From contig CAYFVA010000002.1 of assembly GCA_964346265.1 (NCBI GenBank), forward strand, positions 1-34,732: a stretch of DNA of 34,732 nucleotides. The letters run 5' to 3'. Shown here piece by piece: positions 24,672 to 32,847 of the stretch. The position numbers and the translations under genes are program-made. The DNA is from an uncultured Desulfobacterales bacterium (GTDB lineage Bacteria; Desulfobacterota; Desulfobacteria; Desulfobacterales; Desulfobacteraceae). The notes beneath the pieces are model-generated. The model was not told where the DNA came from and made no database searches. It saw only the letters and a list, made by a program, of their open reading frames with translations. Each line of letters opens with the position of its first letter. Positions within the stretch are counted from its first letter, which is position 1.

Positions 24672-25571
24672 TCATTCAACAGGACGGTTCTCCCGCATCA
24701 CGGTTACAATTTCCCGGATTTTTCGGTCGGCAATGGCAGCGTCAAGAGTGCATCCCCCTGCTCCTTTGTGGCCCCCGCCTCCGTATTTCGACAGAAGCCG
24801 GCCCACGTTGACCCGGCATTTGTCATTGAAAATGCTGTGGCCGATGCTCACCAGCACCTTGTCTTTGTCCGGATCAGCATACCGGATTTTGATGGTGGCG
24901 ATGGTCTCGGGAAAGACCGAGTAGGCAAGGAAACGGTTCCCCGACGGCGGATCGTCATAGTGCCGGAAATCGGTGACACAGATGCCGTCATAGAGAACGG
25001 AATTTTCACGGAGTATGGCTTCATAGGCCCGGTCCTCCCGGATGATTGTTTCTTTGCGGGACTTGACCTCTTCATCCGCCATCACCTCTTCAATGGATCT
25101 GTGTTTGAGCAGATCCACCAGCTTTTCCCAAAAGGGCGGATCGGATTCATCCCGGTTTTTCACCATCATGGACAGAATTACATACGGATATTTTTCCGGG
25201 TAAAGCACATGGTCTTCGGTGAGTTCCGCCGCATCAATAATGTCGGCCCAGTGCACCAGTTGGTCATATCCATTGCCGAGCTTTCCCTGTTTTTGGTAGT
25301 ACTCGTACACCACGCCCGCGGCAGAGGGGGCGATTTTAAACGCACCGGCAACCGCGGATTCGGGCCGGTTGGATACATGGTGGTCAAACCAGAGGGTGCA
25401 TCTGTTGTCATACGGAAGATTGGCCATAATGTCCCCCTCTTTGATCTCTGCCTGTCCGTTCTGGACATCACCGGGCTCAAGCCAGGTGACAGGGCCCGGA
25501 ATCCGTTCGGCCCGGCTGATCAATACAGCGCATACGATTCCGTCAAAATCCGGTCGGGTTACGATTCGCAT
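24672..25571 (-). CDS. DHH/DHHA1-family phosphoesterase
   Basis: Motif I is RPDFDGIVCAV, the DHH motif is WFDHHVSN, and the C-terminal GGGGHKGAGGC is DHHA1-like (GGGH). The substrate cannot be told from the sequence. Confidence 0.7.
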   Translation of the reverse strand: MRIVTRPDFDGIVCAVLISRAERIPGPVTWLEPGDVQNGQAEIKEGDIMANLPYDNRCTLWFDHHVSNRPESAVAGAFKIAPSAAGVVYEYYQKQGKLGNGYDQLVHWADIIDAAELTEDHVLYPEKYPYVILSMMVKNRDESDPPFWEKLVDLLKHRSIEEVMADEEVKSRKETIIREDRAYEAILRENSVLYDGICVTDFRHYDDPPSGNRFLAYSVFPETIATIKIRYADPDKDKVLVSIGHSIFNDKCRVNVGRLLSKYGGGGHKGAGGCTLDAAIADRKIREIVTVMRENRPVE

Positions 25572-26479
25572 AAATGGGATTCACTCCTTTGAAGTTTTCG
25601 GCCGGCAAATTCGGCAAATGTTTTGGAAACCGGAGACAGGGTCCTTTTCCGGTTTGTCGTAAGATAGAAACAGCGGTCAAGGTCAAGATCGGAAATGGCC
25701 AGTGTTTTGAGAAGACCGGTTTTTACATAATGGGCAACCGCCATGGTGGACAGAATGGAAATACCGGCCCGGTTGAGGATACCCTGGATAACCGAAGCGG
25801 TGTTTCCGAGTCTGACTCTTATGTTCAGAGCTTGTGGGTCGAATCCTCTGTCTTTCATGCTCAATGCCACCGATTTCCAGGTGCCTGATCCTTCCTCCCT
25901 GCCGAGGTAGGGTTCATCAAAGAGCATCGAGCAGGTGACGGACGCCCGGCTGCTCCACGGATGATCCGCCGGTATCACCAGCTTCATCTCGTCATCGATC
26001 AGCTTTGTTTGTTCAATATTGCCGCTTTCGCTTCTGGCGCCGACAATGCCGATTTCGATATCTCCCGCTTCAATTCTGCGGATGATCTGGTCCGTGTCAC
26101 CGGAGAAAAGGGAGATGGACACTTCAGGATATTGTTCCGTGAACGGCCCGATCAGGGCGGGGATAATATATCCGGAGGGAATGGTGCTTCCGCCGATGAC
26201 AAGTTCCCCTCTGATGCGGCCGAGAAATTCGGATACCTCATATTCGGCTTTTTCAGTAAGGGAAATGATTTTTTTTGAATACGAGTATAGAATCTCCCCG
26301 GCTTTTGTGGGGACCACTTCCCGGCTCATTCTGTCCAGAAGGCGGCAGTCGAGATGCTCTTCAAGTTCCTTTATATGGCTGCTCACCGTGGGCTGGGTAA
26401 GGTGAACGGCCCGGGACGCCTTTGAAAAGCTTTTTTCATCCACCACGCTGGTAAAAATTTTCAGCTGCCAGATATCCAT
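25559..26479 (-). CDS. LysR-family transcriptional regulator
   Basis: MDIWQLKIFTSVVDEKSFSKASRAVHLTQPTVSSHIKELEEHLDCRLLDR is the canonical LysR HTH, followed by a PBP-type effector domain. Confidence 0.85.
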   Translation of the reverse strand: MDIWQLKIFTSVVDEKSFSKASRAVHLTQPTVSSHIKELEEHLDCRLLDRMSREVVPTKAGEILYSYSKKIISLTEKAEYEVSEFLGRIRGELVIGGSTIPSGYIIPALIGPFTEQYPEVSISLFSGDTDQIIRRIEAGDIEIGIVGARSESGNIEQTKLIDDEMKLVIPADHPWSSRASVTCSMLFDEPYLGREEGSGTWKSVALSMKDRGFDPQALNIRVRLGNTASVIQGILNRAGISILSTMAVAHYVKTGLLKTLAISDLDLDRCFYLTTNRKRTLSPVSKTFAEFAGRKLQRSESHLCES

Positions 26480-26480
26480 G

Positions 26481-26987
26481 TTATTTTTCCCCCTGCATGG
26501 CGGGGAATTTGTCTTCCAGCCTCTCTTTTACAGGTCTCGGAACCATTCCGTTTATGTCGCCTCCGAACTGGGCCGCCTCTTTTATGATCGAAGAGCTGGT
26601 GAATATCCATCGAAGACCCGTCATCAAAAACACGGTCTGTACTTTTCTGGACAGCCTGCGGTTCATCAGCGCCATCTGGAATTCGTTCTCAAAGTCCGAT
26701 ATGGCCCGCATCCCCCTGATGATCGCAATGGCTCCCTGCTGTTCTGCATAGTCGATGAGAAGGCCGTCAAAGGAATCCACCACGATGTTCTTGTTTCCGT
26801 TGAAGCTTTTGTGGATCATCTCCGTCCGTTCCTCGACTGTGAAGAGGGCTTTTTTGGACGGATTGTGCAGTACCGCTATGATGATTTTGTCAAATATTTT
26901 GGTTCCCCTTTCGATGATATCGATATGTCCGTTGGTGAGGGGGTCGAAGGAACCCGGATATACTGCTGTTTTCAGTTGTTCGTTCAT
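26481..26987 (-). CDS. coaD: Phosphopantetheine adenylyltransferase
   Basis: AVYPGSFDPLTNGHIDIIERG...IIRGMRAISDFE.E...N...T.FL...SSS.IKE is the CoaD pattern. Confidence 0.9.
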   Translation of the reverse strand: MNEQLKTAVYPGSFDPLTNGHIDIIERGTKIFDKIIIAVLHNPSKKALFTVEERTEMIHKSFNGNKNIVVDSFDGLLIDYAEQQGAIAIIRGMRAISDFENEFQMALMNRRLSRKVQTVFLMTGLRWIFTSSSIIKEAAQFGGDINGMVPRPVKERLEDKFPAMQGEK

Positions 26988-27005
26988 AAGCGGTTCTCCG
27001 TTTTT

Positions 27006-27557
27006 TTATGATTTCCGGAAAAAGGAAATCAATGTTTTTCCGTATTTCCGCCGGTCGATCATTTCAAGATGGCCTGACAGTGCAAAATCTTCCCTGGATA
27101 CCCCGTGTTCGGCGATCACCAGGGTGGTATCGGCGACAAAGGATAGAAAGCCGTTGTTTTCCAGGGTTGCTGTTATATGGTCCCTGTCATAGGGCGGGTC
27201 CAGAAAAATGATGTCAAAGCTCTGATCGGAAAATTCGGATCTCCCGAACACGTCCGGTATTCGGCCAAGGACCGGAACGGCCTCGTCATGGATTCCCAGA
27301 AGGTCGAGATTTTTTCGGACCGTATCCAAGGCCTTGCTGGAGGCATCCACGAAAAAGGCCTGTCGGGCGCCCCGGCTGAGCGCTTCGATCCCGAAGGCAC
27401 CGGTGCCGGCAAAAAGATCAAGGATGCGGGCGTTTTGGATATTCGAGCCGATAATACTGAACAACGCCTCCCTGGCTTTGTCCGAGGTCGGCCTTATGGA
27501 ATGGTTTTGAGGGGCGGTAAGTTTCCTGCCCTTGAACCGGCCGCTGATGATTCTCAT
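27006..27557 (-). CDS. rsmD: 16S rRNA (guanine966-N2)-methyltransferase RsmD
   Basis: MRIISGRFKGRKLTAPQNHSIRPTSDKAREALFSII...LDLFAGTGAFGIEALSRGA...IIFLDPPY. Confidence 0.85.
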   Translation of the reverse strand: MRIISGRFKGRKLTAPQNHSIRPTSDKAREALFSIIGSNIQNARILDLFAGTGAFGIEALSRGARQAFFVDASSKALDTVRKNLDLLGIHDEAVPVLGRIPDVFGRSEFSDQSFDIIFLDPPYDRDHITATLENNGFLSFVADTTLVIAEHGVSREDFALSGHLEMIDRRKYGKTLISFFRKS

Positions 27558-28919
27558 CTATTTCCTTTTCTTTTTAACGATTTTCGAGATGGTTTTGGTA
27601 TCCATGCCCGTTTTCCGGGCAACGGTTTTTACATCCCAGCCTTCGAGGTCCATCTTGTTTTTCACAAACTCTTTCTCGAATTCGGCCTTTGCCTTGTCAA
27701 GGCTGTCCATGGAAAACAGGTGCTCTTTTCCGCCGGACGAAGATGTTTCGGATGAGATGTTGTATGGGTCTGGAATGTCATCAATTTCAATGGTGTCGGT
27801 CTCGGACATGATGGTCAGTCGCTCCATCAGATTTTTAAGCTCTCTCTGGTTCCCGGGCCAGTCATGGGCCGTCAGCATATCCAGCGCCTCTCTGGAGATG
27901 GTCTTTTTCTCGTGTCCGCCCCGGGTGTTGGAGGGAGCGTTGAGAAAAGTGTCCACCAGCTCGGGAATATCCTCTTTTCTCTCCCGCAGTGAAGGCACAT
28001 GGATCGGGATAACACAGAGCCGGTAGTACAGGTCCTCGCGGAAGGTGCCTTTTTCGATTTCCTGTTTCAGGTTTTTGTTGGTGGAGGCAATGATCCGGGT
28101 GTCCATTTGAATCGCGCGTCCGCCGCCGATCCGCTGAAAAGTTTTGGATTCGATGGCCCTCAGGATCCGGGCCTGGGTTTTGAGGTTCATATCCCCCACT
28201 TCGTCCAGCAGCAGGGTGCCGCCGGCCGCAAGTTCGAACTTTCCTTTGTTCCTTGCGGCGGCACCGCCCAAAGCTCCTTTTTCGTGGCCGAAAAGTTCAC
28301 TGTCGATATTCTCTTCATCAATGACCGCACAGTTGACAATGATCAAAGGGCCTTCCGGACGATTGCTCAACTGGTGAATGGTCCGGGCCACAAGCTCCTT
28401 GCCGGTGCCGTTCTCTCCTTGAATCAAAATGGAGGCATCTGACGGGGCGGCTTCGGATATTTCCCTGTACAGTTTGTGCACGGCCGGACTTGAGCCTGTG
28501 ATGGTGTTTTTCTCTATGCTCTTTTTTCTCAGGTACTTGTTTTCCTCTTCCAGCCGCCTGAAATTCAGGGCATTGTTGATGGTGACCATGACACGGTCAA
28601 TGGACAAGGGCTTTTCCAGAAAATCAAAAGCGCCGGATTTGGTGGCATCCACCGCCGCCTCTATGCTTCCATGTCCGGTGATAATGACCACCGGCAGGGT
28701 CGGATTGCTCTTTTTGATCTCTTTTAAGGTTTCTATGCCGTCCAGGCCGGGCATCCAGATGTCCAGCAGAACGATGTCAGGGGACTCCGCTTCCACTTTC
28801 TTGAGGGCCTCGTATCCGTTATAGGCATGGATGACCTCGAATCCGTCATCGGATAAAAGTCCTTCAAGGGATTCGATGATTTTGGTTTCATCATCAACAA
28901 TCAGTACGGCTGGATACAT
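27558..28919 (-). CDS. ntrX: NtrC-family (NtrX-like) response regulator: receiver, AAA+ and Fis-type HTH domains
   Basis: The receiver reads LIVDDE...LLDIWMPGLDG...ITGHG...KP. The AAA+ domain reads GENGTGKELVARTIH...ELFGHEKGALGGA...LLLDEV...RIIASTN...FREDLYYRL. The C-terminal HTH reads GWDVKTVARKTGMDTKTISKIV. The GAFTGA loop reads GALGGA. The stop abuts the rsmD ATG (TAGATG). Confidence 0.85.
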   Translation of the reverse strand: MYPAVLIVDDETKIIESLEGLLSDDGFEVIHAYNGYEALKKVEAESPDIVLLDIWMPGLDGIETLKEIKKSNPTLPVVIITGHGSIEAAVDATKSGAFDFLEKPLSIDRVMVTINNALNFRRLEEENKYLRKKSIEKNTITGSSPAVHKLYREISEAAPSDASILIQGENGTGKELVARTIHQLSNRPEGPLIIVNCAVIDEENIDSELFGHEKGALGGAAARNKGKFELAAGGTLLLDEVGDMNLKTQARILRAIESKTFQRIGGGRAIQMDTRIIASTNKNLKQEIEKGTFREDLYYRLCVIPIHVPSLRERKEDIPELVDTFLNAPSNTRGGHEKKTISREALDMLTAHDWPGNQRELKNLMERLTIMSETDTIEIDDIPDPYNISSETSSSGGKEHLFSMDSLDKAKAEFEKEFVKNKMDLEGWDVKTVARKTGMDTKTISKIVKKKRK

Positions 28920-28943
28920 TGCATCTCCTGTATGTCCTGCCGG

Positions 28944-31148
28944 TTACGCCGGCAGTTCTATAATAAATTTCGCCCCCGCCGGCTGGTTGTCCTGTACCCG
29001 GATGGAGCCGTTATGGTCTTTTATAACAGAATTGACTATGGCAAGTCCAAGCCCCATTCCCGATTTTTTTGTGGAAAAGTAGGGCTCGAACAGTTTGGTT
29101 TTCTCGGCATCGGAAATGCCCTTTCCGTCGTCCGCCACTTCAATGGAGATCAGCTTGAGTATGCTGTCGTAGGAGACTTCCACTGTGATGGTCCCTTTGT
29201 TGTTCATGGCGGATATGGCGTTGTCAAACAGGTTGATAAACGCCTGTTTCATGTGCTGGGGATCAAGCTGCAGGGACGGGAGGTTTTCTTTGAAAACCGG
29301 TACGATATTCACGTCGGGCAGCCCTTCCTTATACAGGGCCGCGGTTTCCGTGACAATCTTTTCAATCCGGCAGGTCTGAAAATGGATTTCCGGAAACCTT
29401 GCAAATGTGGAGAACTGATTGACAAGGTTCCGGATCAGGTCCACATGCTCGGTTATGGTGTCGGTGCAGGAATTGAATACATCTTCCTGGATCCGGTCGC
29501 TATACTTTTTCTTGAGTCTTTGGGCCGACAGTTTGATAGGGGTCAGCGGATTCTTGACTTCATGGGCGATGCGCCGGGCTACTTCCCGCCAGGCCGCCGT
29601 ACGCTGGGCTTTTTCCAGCTCGGTGAGATCGTCGAACACCATCACGGCGCCGATGATCTGGTCTGCGTCATCCTTGAGAATGTTGTAATGGATGGAAAAG
29701 TACCGCGGCGTGCCGTTGATGGATATGGAAAGCGGGAATTCCATTTTTTCCGCGGCAGGGGAGATCCTCTCGGCTATGGTCCGGGCGGCGGTGTAGTGTT
29801 CGCCGGTGAGCATGTCCTTCCACCGCCGGTTGAGAAGCTGTTCGCTTTTCAGGTCGAGCATGGATTCGGCCGCCTTGTTTATGGTGGTGATGATGCCTTT
29901 GTTGTCCATGGTGATGACACCGGCGGATATGTTTTTGAGAACGATTTCCATGTACTTCCGGCTTTTTTCCAGTTCGATGTTCTGCTGTTTCATCTTCTTT
30001 TCCGAGCGGGCGAGCCGTTCTCTTCCAGTGGCCAGTTCTCTCGTCATTTTGTTGAAAGAATCGATCAGCGTGCCGATTTCATCGTCGGTTTTGAAGTCGA
30101 TTTTGTAGTTCAGGTCCCCTTTGGTCACCCGCTGGGTTCCTTCGGCGAACTTCGTCAGAGGGATGGTGATGGATTCGGCCAGTTGAAACCCGAACCAGAC
30201 GGCGCAGAACACCACCAGGAGGGCCACAATGGAAAGAGCGATATAGTTGGAAGTCTGGACCGGCTTTTTTGCCATTTTCAGCTGCTGGTATTCCTCGTAT
30301 CCTTTTGAAATGGCGTCGAGGTTTTCAGTCAGTTTCGGGGATACACGGGAGGAAATCACGATAAAAGCCCGGGTCTGGTCGGGTGGCGCGTCAAACGGAA
30401 CGGCACAGATGGTACGCAAAAGTTCGCCAAAGGGGTTATCCCGGGCGATGGTCCGGACTTTTTTGTCTTTGGCTGAAATGGTGAGTTCGTCACTGGAAAG
30501 AATGGCAAAGTAATGGTGTTCCAGTTCGTTGGCAAGGGAAAGCGCGATGCGCTTGGCGTCGGGGGTGTAGACCTCCACCGCGTCCTGGTTGAACGCCCGT
30601 TGAACCACCTGGACATATCTGGTCAGCTCTTCCCTGTTTTCCTGTTCCAGCATATTTCTCGAATGGATCTGGAAGGCCGCGCGTTTGGCAAAAAACAGAT
30701 TTTTTTCCTCGATGAACTGATACAGCCGCTGGCCCACGGCAAGAGAACTGTCCAGGGTTTTTTCCACAGGAGTGTTGAACCAGAACGCAATGCTCGAGGA
30801 AATGAAATGGATGGAGAAAAAGAACAGTACCGTGGTGGGCAAAAGGGACAGGACGATAAAAGCCGCTGTCAGACGGGTTTTTAGCTTGGTCCCCAAGAGC
30901 TTGTTTTTCTTTTCGTAGTACAGCTTGGCCAGATTCCGAAAAACGAGGACCAGAACCAGAAGCAGCAAAAGCAGGTTCACGTTGATCAAAATGAAGATCA
31001 AAACCGAACTTGAAAAGGGCAGACCGCCGCCGAAATCCGTGATCCGGGTTCCCACAAGGGTGAGCAGAAATACAAGGGCAATGACCAGGATGATCAGAAT
31101 CCCCTCTTTTTTCCGTTTCTGTTTTTCGATGCCGCTTCTTTTTTCCAT
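28944..31148 (-). CDS. ntrY: NtrY-like sensor histidine kinase (multi-TM, HAMP, PAS, HisKA, HATPase)
   Basis: N-terminal TM helices, HAMP (TIPLTKFAEGTQRVTKGDLNYKIDFKTDDEIGTLIDSFNKM), a PAS region, an H-box HEVKNPLTPIKLSAQRL (NtrY-type), an N-box FINLFDNAI and a G-box ADDGKGI...GMGLGLAIV. Confidence 0.85.
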   Translation of the reverse strand: MEKRSGIEKQKRKKEGILIILVIALVFLLTLVGTRITDFGGGLPFSSSVLIFILINVNLLLLLLVLVLVFRNLAKLYYEKKNKLLGTKLKTRLTAAFIVLSLLPTTVLFFFSIHFISSSIAFWFNTPVEKTLDSSLAVGQRLYQFIEEKNLFFAKRAAFQIHSRNMLEQENREELTRYVQVVQRAFNQDAVEVYTPDAKRIALSLANELEHHYFAILSSDELTISAKDKKVRTIARDNPFGELLRTICAVPFDAPPDQTRAFIVISSRVSPKLTENLDAISKGYEEYQQLKMAKKPVQTSNYIALSIVALLVVFCAVWFGFQLAESITIPLTKFAEGTQRVTKGDLNYKIDFKTDDEIGTLIDSFNKMTRELATGRERLARSEKKMKQQNIELEKSRKYMEIVLKNISAGVITMDNKGIITTINKAAESMLDLKSEQLLNRRWKDMLTGEHYTAARTIAERISPAAEKMEFPLSISINGTPRYFSIHYNILKDDADQIIGAVMVFDDLTELEKAQRTAAWREVARRIAHEVKNPLTPIKLSAQRLKKKYSDRIQEDVFNSCTDTITEHVDLIRNLVNQFSTFARFPEIHFQTCRIEKIVTETAALYKEGLPDVNIVPVFKENLPSLQLDPQHMKQAFINLFDNAISAMNNKGTITVEVSYDSILKLISIEVADDGKGISDAEKTKLFEPYFSTKKSGMGLGLAIVNSVIKDHNGSIRVQDNQPAGAKFIIELPA

Positions 31149-31180
31149 GATTGAAAAGTGCCGTTGGATCAGCTACAGGG

Positions 31181-31765
31181 TCAGTATGTGAAGTTGATAA
31201 TGTACCAGTCGGTTTCAAAATCCCAGAACGAGACGAAAAACAAAACATAGTGCAGGTAGAACGGCATGGTCACGCGGCTGAGTTCCGCTTTGACCCGTAT
31301 CTGGTATTTTCCTCCTTTTTCCAGCCTGGAAAGTGGTTCCACCTTGAGATTGTTCACCTCGGTCATCATCTTTTCAGCCTCATCGAACGAGGATGTGACA
31401 AAAGGGTCGTCTTCCTCCCATGAACGGGTGATGGTAAACTGTTTTTTCAGGGTATCGTACTTCAGGGTGGAGGTGATTTTGATATCCGAGATGTTTTTGT
31501 CCAGCCACCCGTCATTGATTTTGTACAAAGAGACATAAAAGGAGAACGTGGTGGGCACCCCGTTTTTTGCGGCCCGGCTGATTTTTTCGGTAAACGCTCC
31601 TTTCACGGTAAAATAGGTGATCAGGTGGTCCCGGTCATTGGTGAGTTTGATGTTCTTTAAAACCGGGGTTTCCCCGGCAGGGGCGCTTGTGTAAAAAAAC
31701 AGGACAGCGCAAAAGGCCGTCAGCATAAGCGTGGCTGAGGTTCTGGTTCGCAGGGGGCGTGTCAT
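31181..31765 (-). CDS. Exported DUF4390-like protein (commonly found upstream of ntrY)
   Basis: 194 aa with a signal peptide (TLMLTAFCAVLFFYTSAPA) and beta-rich sequence. Its position immediately upstream of ntrY matches the usual DUF4390 context. The family call comes from memory of that synteny, not from a motif. Confidence 0.55.
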   Translation of the reverse strand: MTRPLRTRTSATLMLTAFCAVLFFYTSAPAGETPVLKNIKLTNDRDHLITYFTVKGAFTEKISRAAKNGVPTTFSFYVSLYKINDGWLDKNISDIKITSTLKYDTLKKQFTITRSWEEDDPFVTSSFDEAEKMMTEVNNLKVEPLSRLEKGGKYQIRVKAELSRVTMPFYLHYVLFFVSFWDFETDWYIINFTY

Positions 31766-31766
31766 T

Positions 31767-32666
31767 TTAAAAGGTGAGACTCCTTTCGAACGGGCCTGTT
31801 TCCCAGGCGTTCCGGGATTTAAGGAATTTGGTGATGAACATATGGTTCAGGGCATGCCCGGATCTGTCCGTAACAATGTGTCCGAAGATGGGCATGCCCA
31901 GGAGGGAAAAGTCGCCCAGGCTGTCCAAAAGCTTGTGTCGGACCAGTTCATCTTTAAATCTCAAACCTTCTTTGTTCAATACGTTTTCATCGTCCAGCAC
32001 CACGGCGTTGTCAAGGCTTCCTCCCCGCCCGAGACTGAATTTTTTTAAATATTCCAAATCCTTGAGAAAGCCGAAGGTCCTTGCTTCACAAATCGCTTCT
32101 CTGAATGTATCCGGCCGGTGGTCAAACGTGATTTCCTGCCGGCCGATCAGGGGATGGTCAAAATCAATGGAGCAGGTGATTTTCATGGTATCCGAAGGGT
32201 ATACACAAACGGACTTGTCTCCCGTTTCCAGATAAACCGGCTCTTTTACCCAGAAAAACTGCTTTTCCGCTTCCTGTTCCTTGATGCCGCCATGGAGCAT
32301 GGCCTGGGCGAAGGCTTTTGCACTTCCGTCCATTACCGGAATTTCATAGTTGTCCACCTCCACCAGGGCGTTGTCGATACCGAGTCCTGCAAACGTCGCC
32401 ATCAGGTGTTCGATTGTGGAAACAATGGCGCCGTTGGTTCCGATCACGGTGGCCAGGCTGGTATCCACCACCATGTGGAAAAGTGCCTGTATATAATGAG
32501 TGCCGGGGATGTCCAGTCGCCTGAATTTGATCCCGTGGTTTTCCGGGGCGGGTTTGATGGTGACTGTATTGCACCGCCCGGAATGAACCCCGATTCCGCT
32601 GCATGAAACGGGTTTTTCAAGAGTTTTTTGAAGGGTGTCGGATGTATTTTTTATATTCGGTGTCAT
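31767..32666 (-). CDS. lpxC: UDP-3-O-acyl-N-acetylglucosamine deacetylase
   Basis: QKTLEKPVSCSGIGVHSGRCNTVTIKPAPENHGIKFRR...STIEHLMATFAGLGIDN...EIPVMDGSA...RTFGF...GGSLDNAVV...DELVRHKLLDSLGD. Confidence 0.9.
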   Translation of the reverse strand: MTPNIKNTSDTLQKTLEKPVSCSGIGVHSGRCNTVTIKPAPENHGIKFRRLDIPGTHYIQALFHMVVDTSLATVIGTNGAIVSTIEHLMATFAGLGIDNALVEVDNYEIPVMDGSAKAFAQAMLHGGIKEQEAEKQFFWVKEPVYLETGDKSVCVYPSDTMKITCSIDFDHPLIGRQEITFDHRPDTFREAICEARTFGFLKDLEYLKKFSLGRGGSLDNAVVLDDENVLNKEGLRFKDELVRHKLLDSLGDFSLLGMPIFGHIVTDRSGHALNHMFITKFLKSRNAWETGPFERSLTF

Positions 32667-32779
32667 TTCATTTGTCTGTATTGTTTATATGCGGTACCGG
32701 TTTAGGTACACGTTATGTCTGTTATATATACCTGATTTTTAAAGTAAAAGCAAAATAAATGAGAAACCTGTTCCAAATA

Positions 32780-32809
32780 TTGCCATATTTTTAATAAGAA
32801 TGTTATACT
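32780..32809 (+). promoter_or_regulatory. Candidate sigma-70 promoter (extended -10) for comM/yifB
   Basis: TTGCCA (32780-32785), an 18-nt spacer, then TATACT (32804-32809), preceded by TGT (TGnTATACT). It lies in the AT-rich divergent spacer between lpxC and comM. Confidence 0.45.
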
Positions 32810-32847
32810 TTTGCAAGTTTTTGTTTTCTTTTTTTGCCGGGGGCAGC

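Noticed and set aside
28932-30308. A 458-aa plus-strand ORF antisense to ntrY.
   Set aside because: The minus-strand frame carries clear HAMP, H-box, N-box and G-box motifs. The antisense product has no recognisable features and shows shadow-ORF composition.
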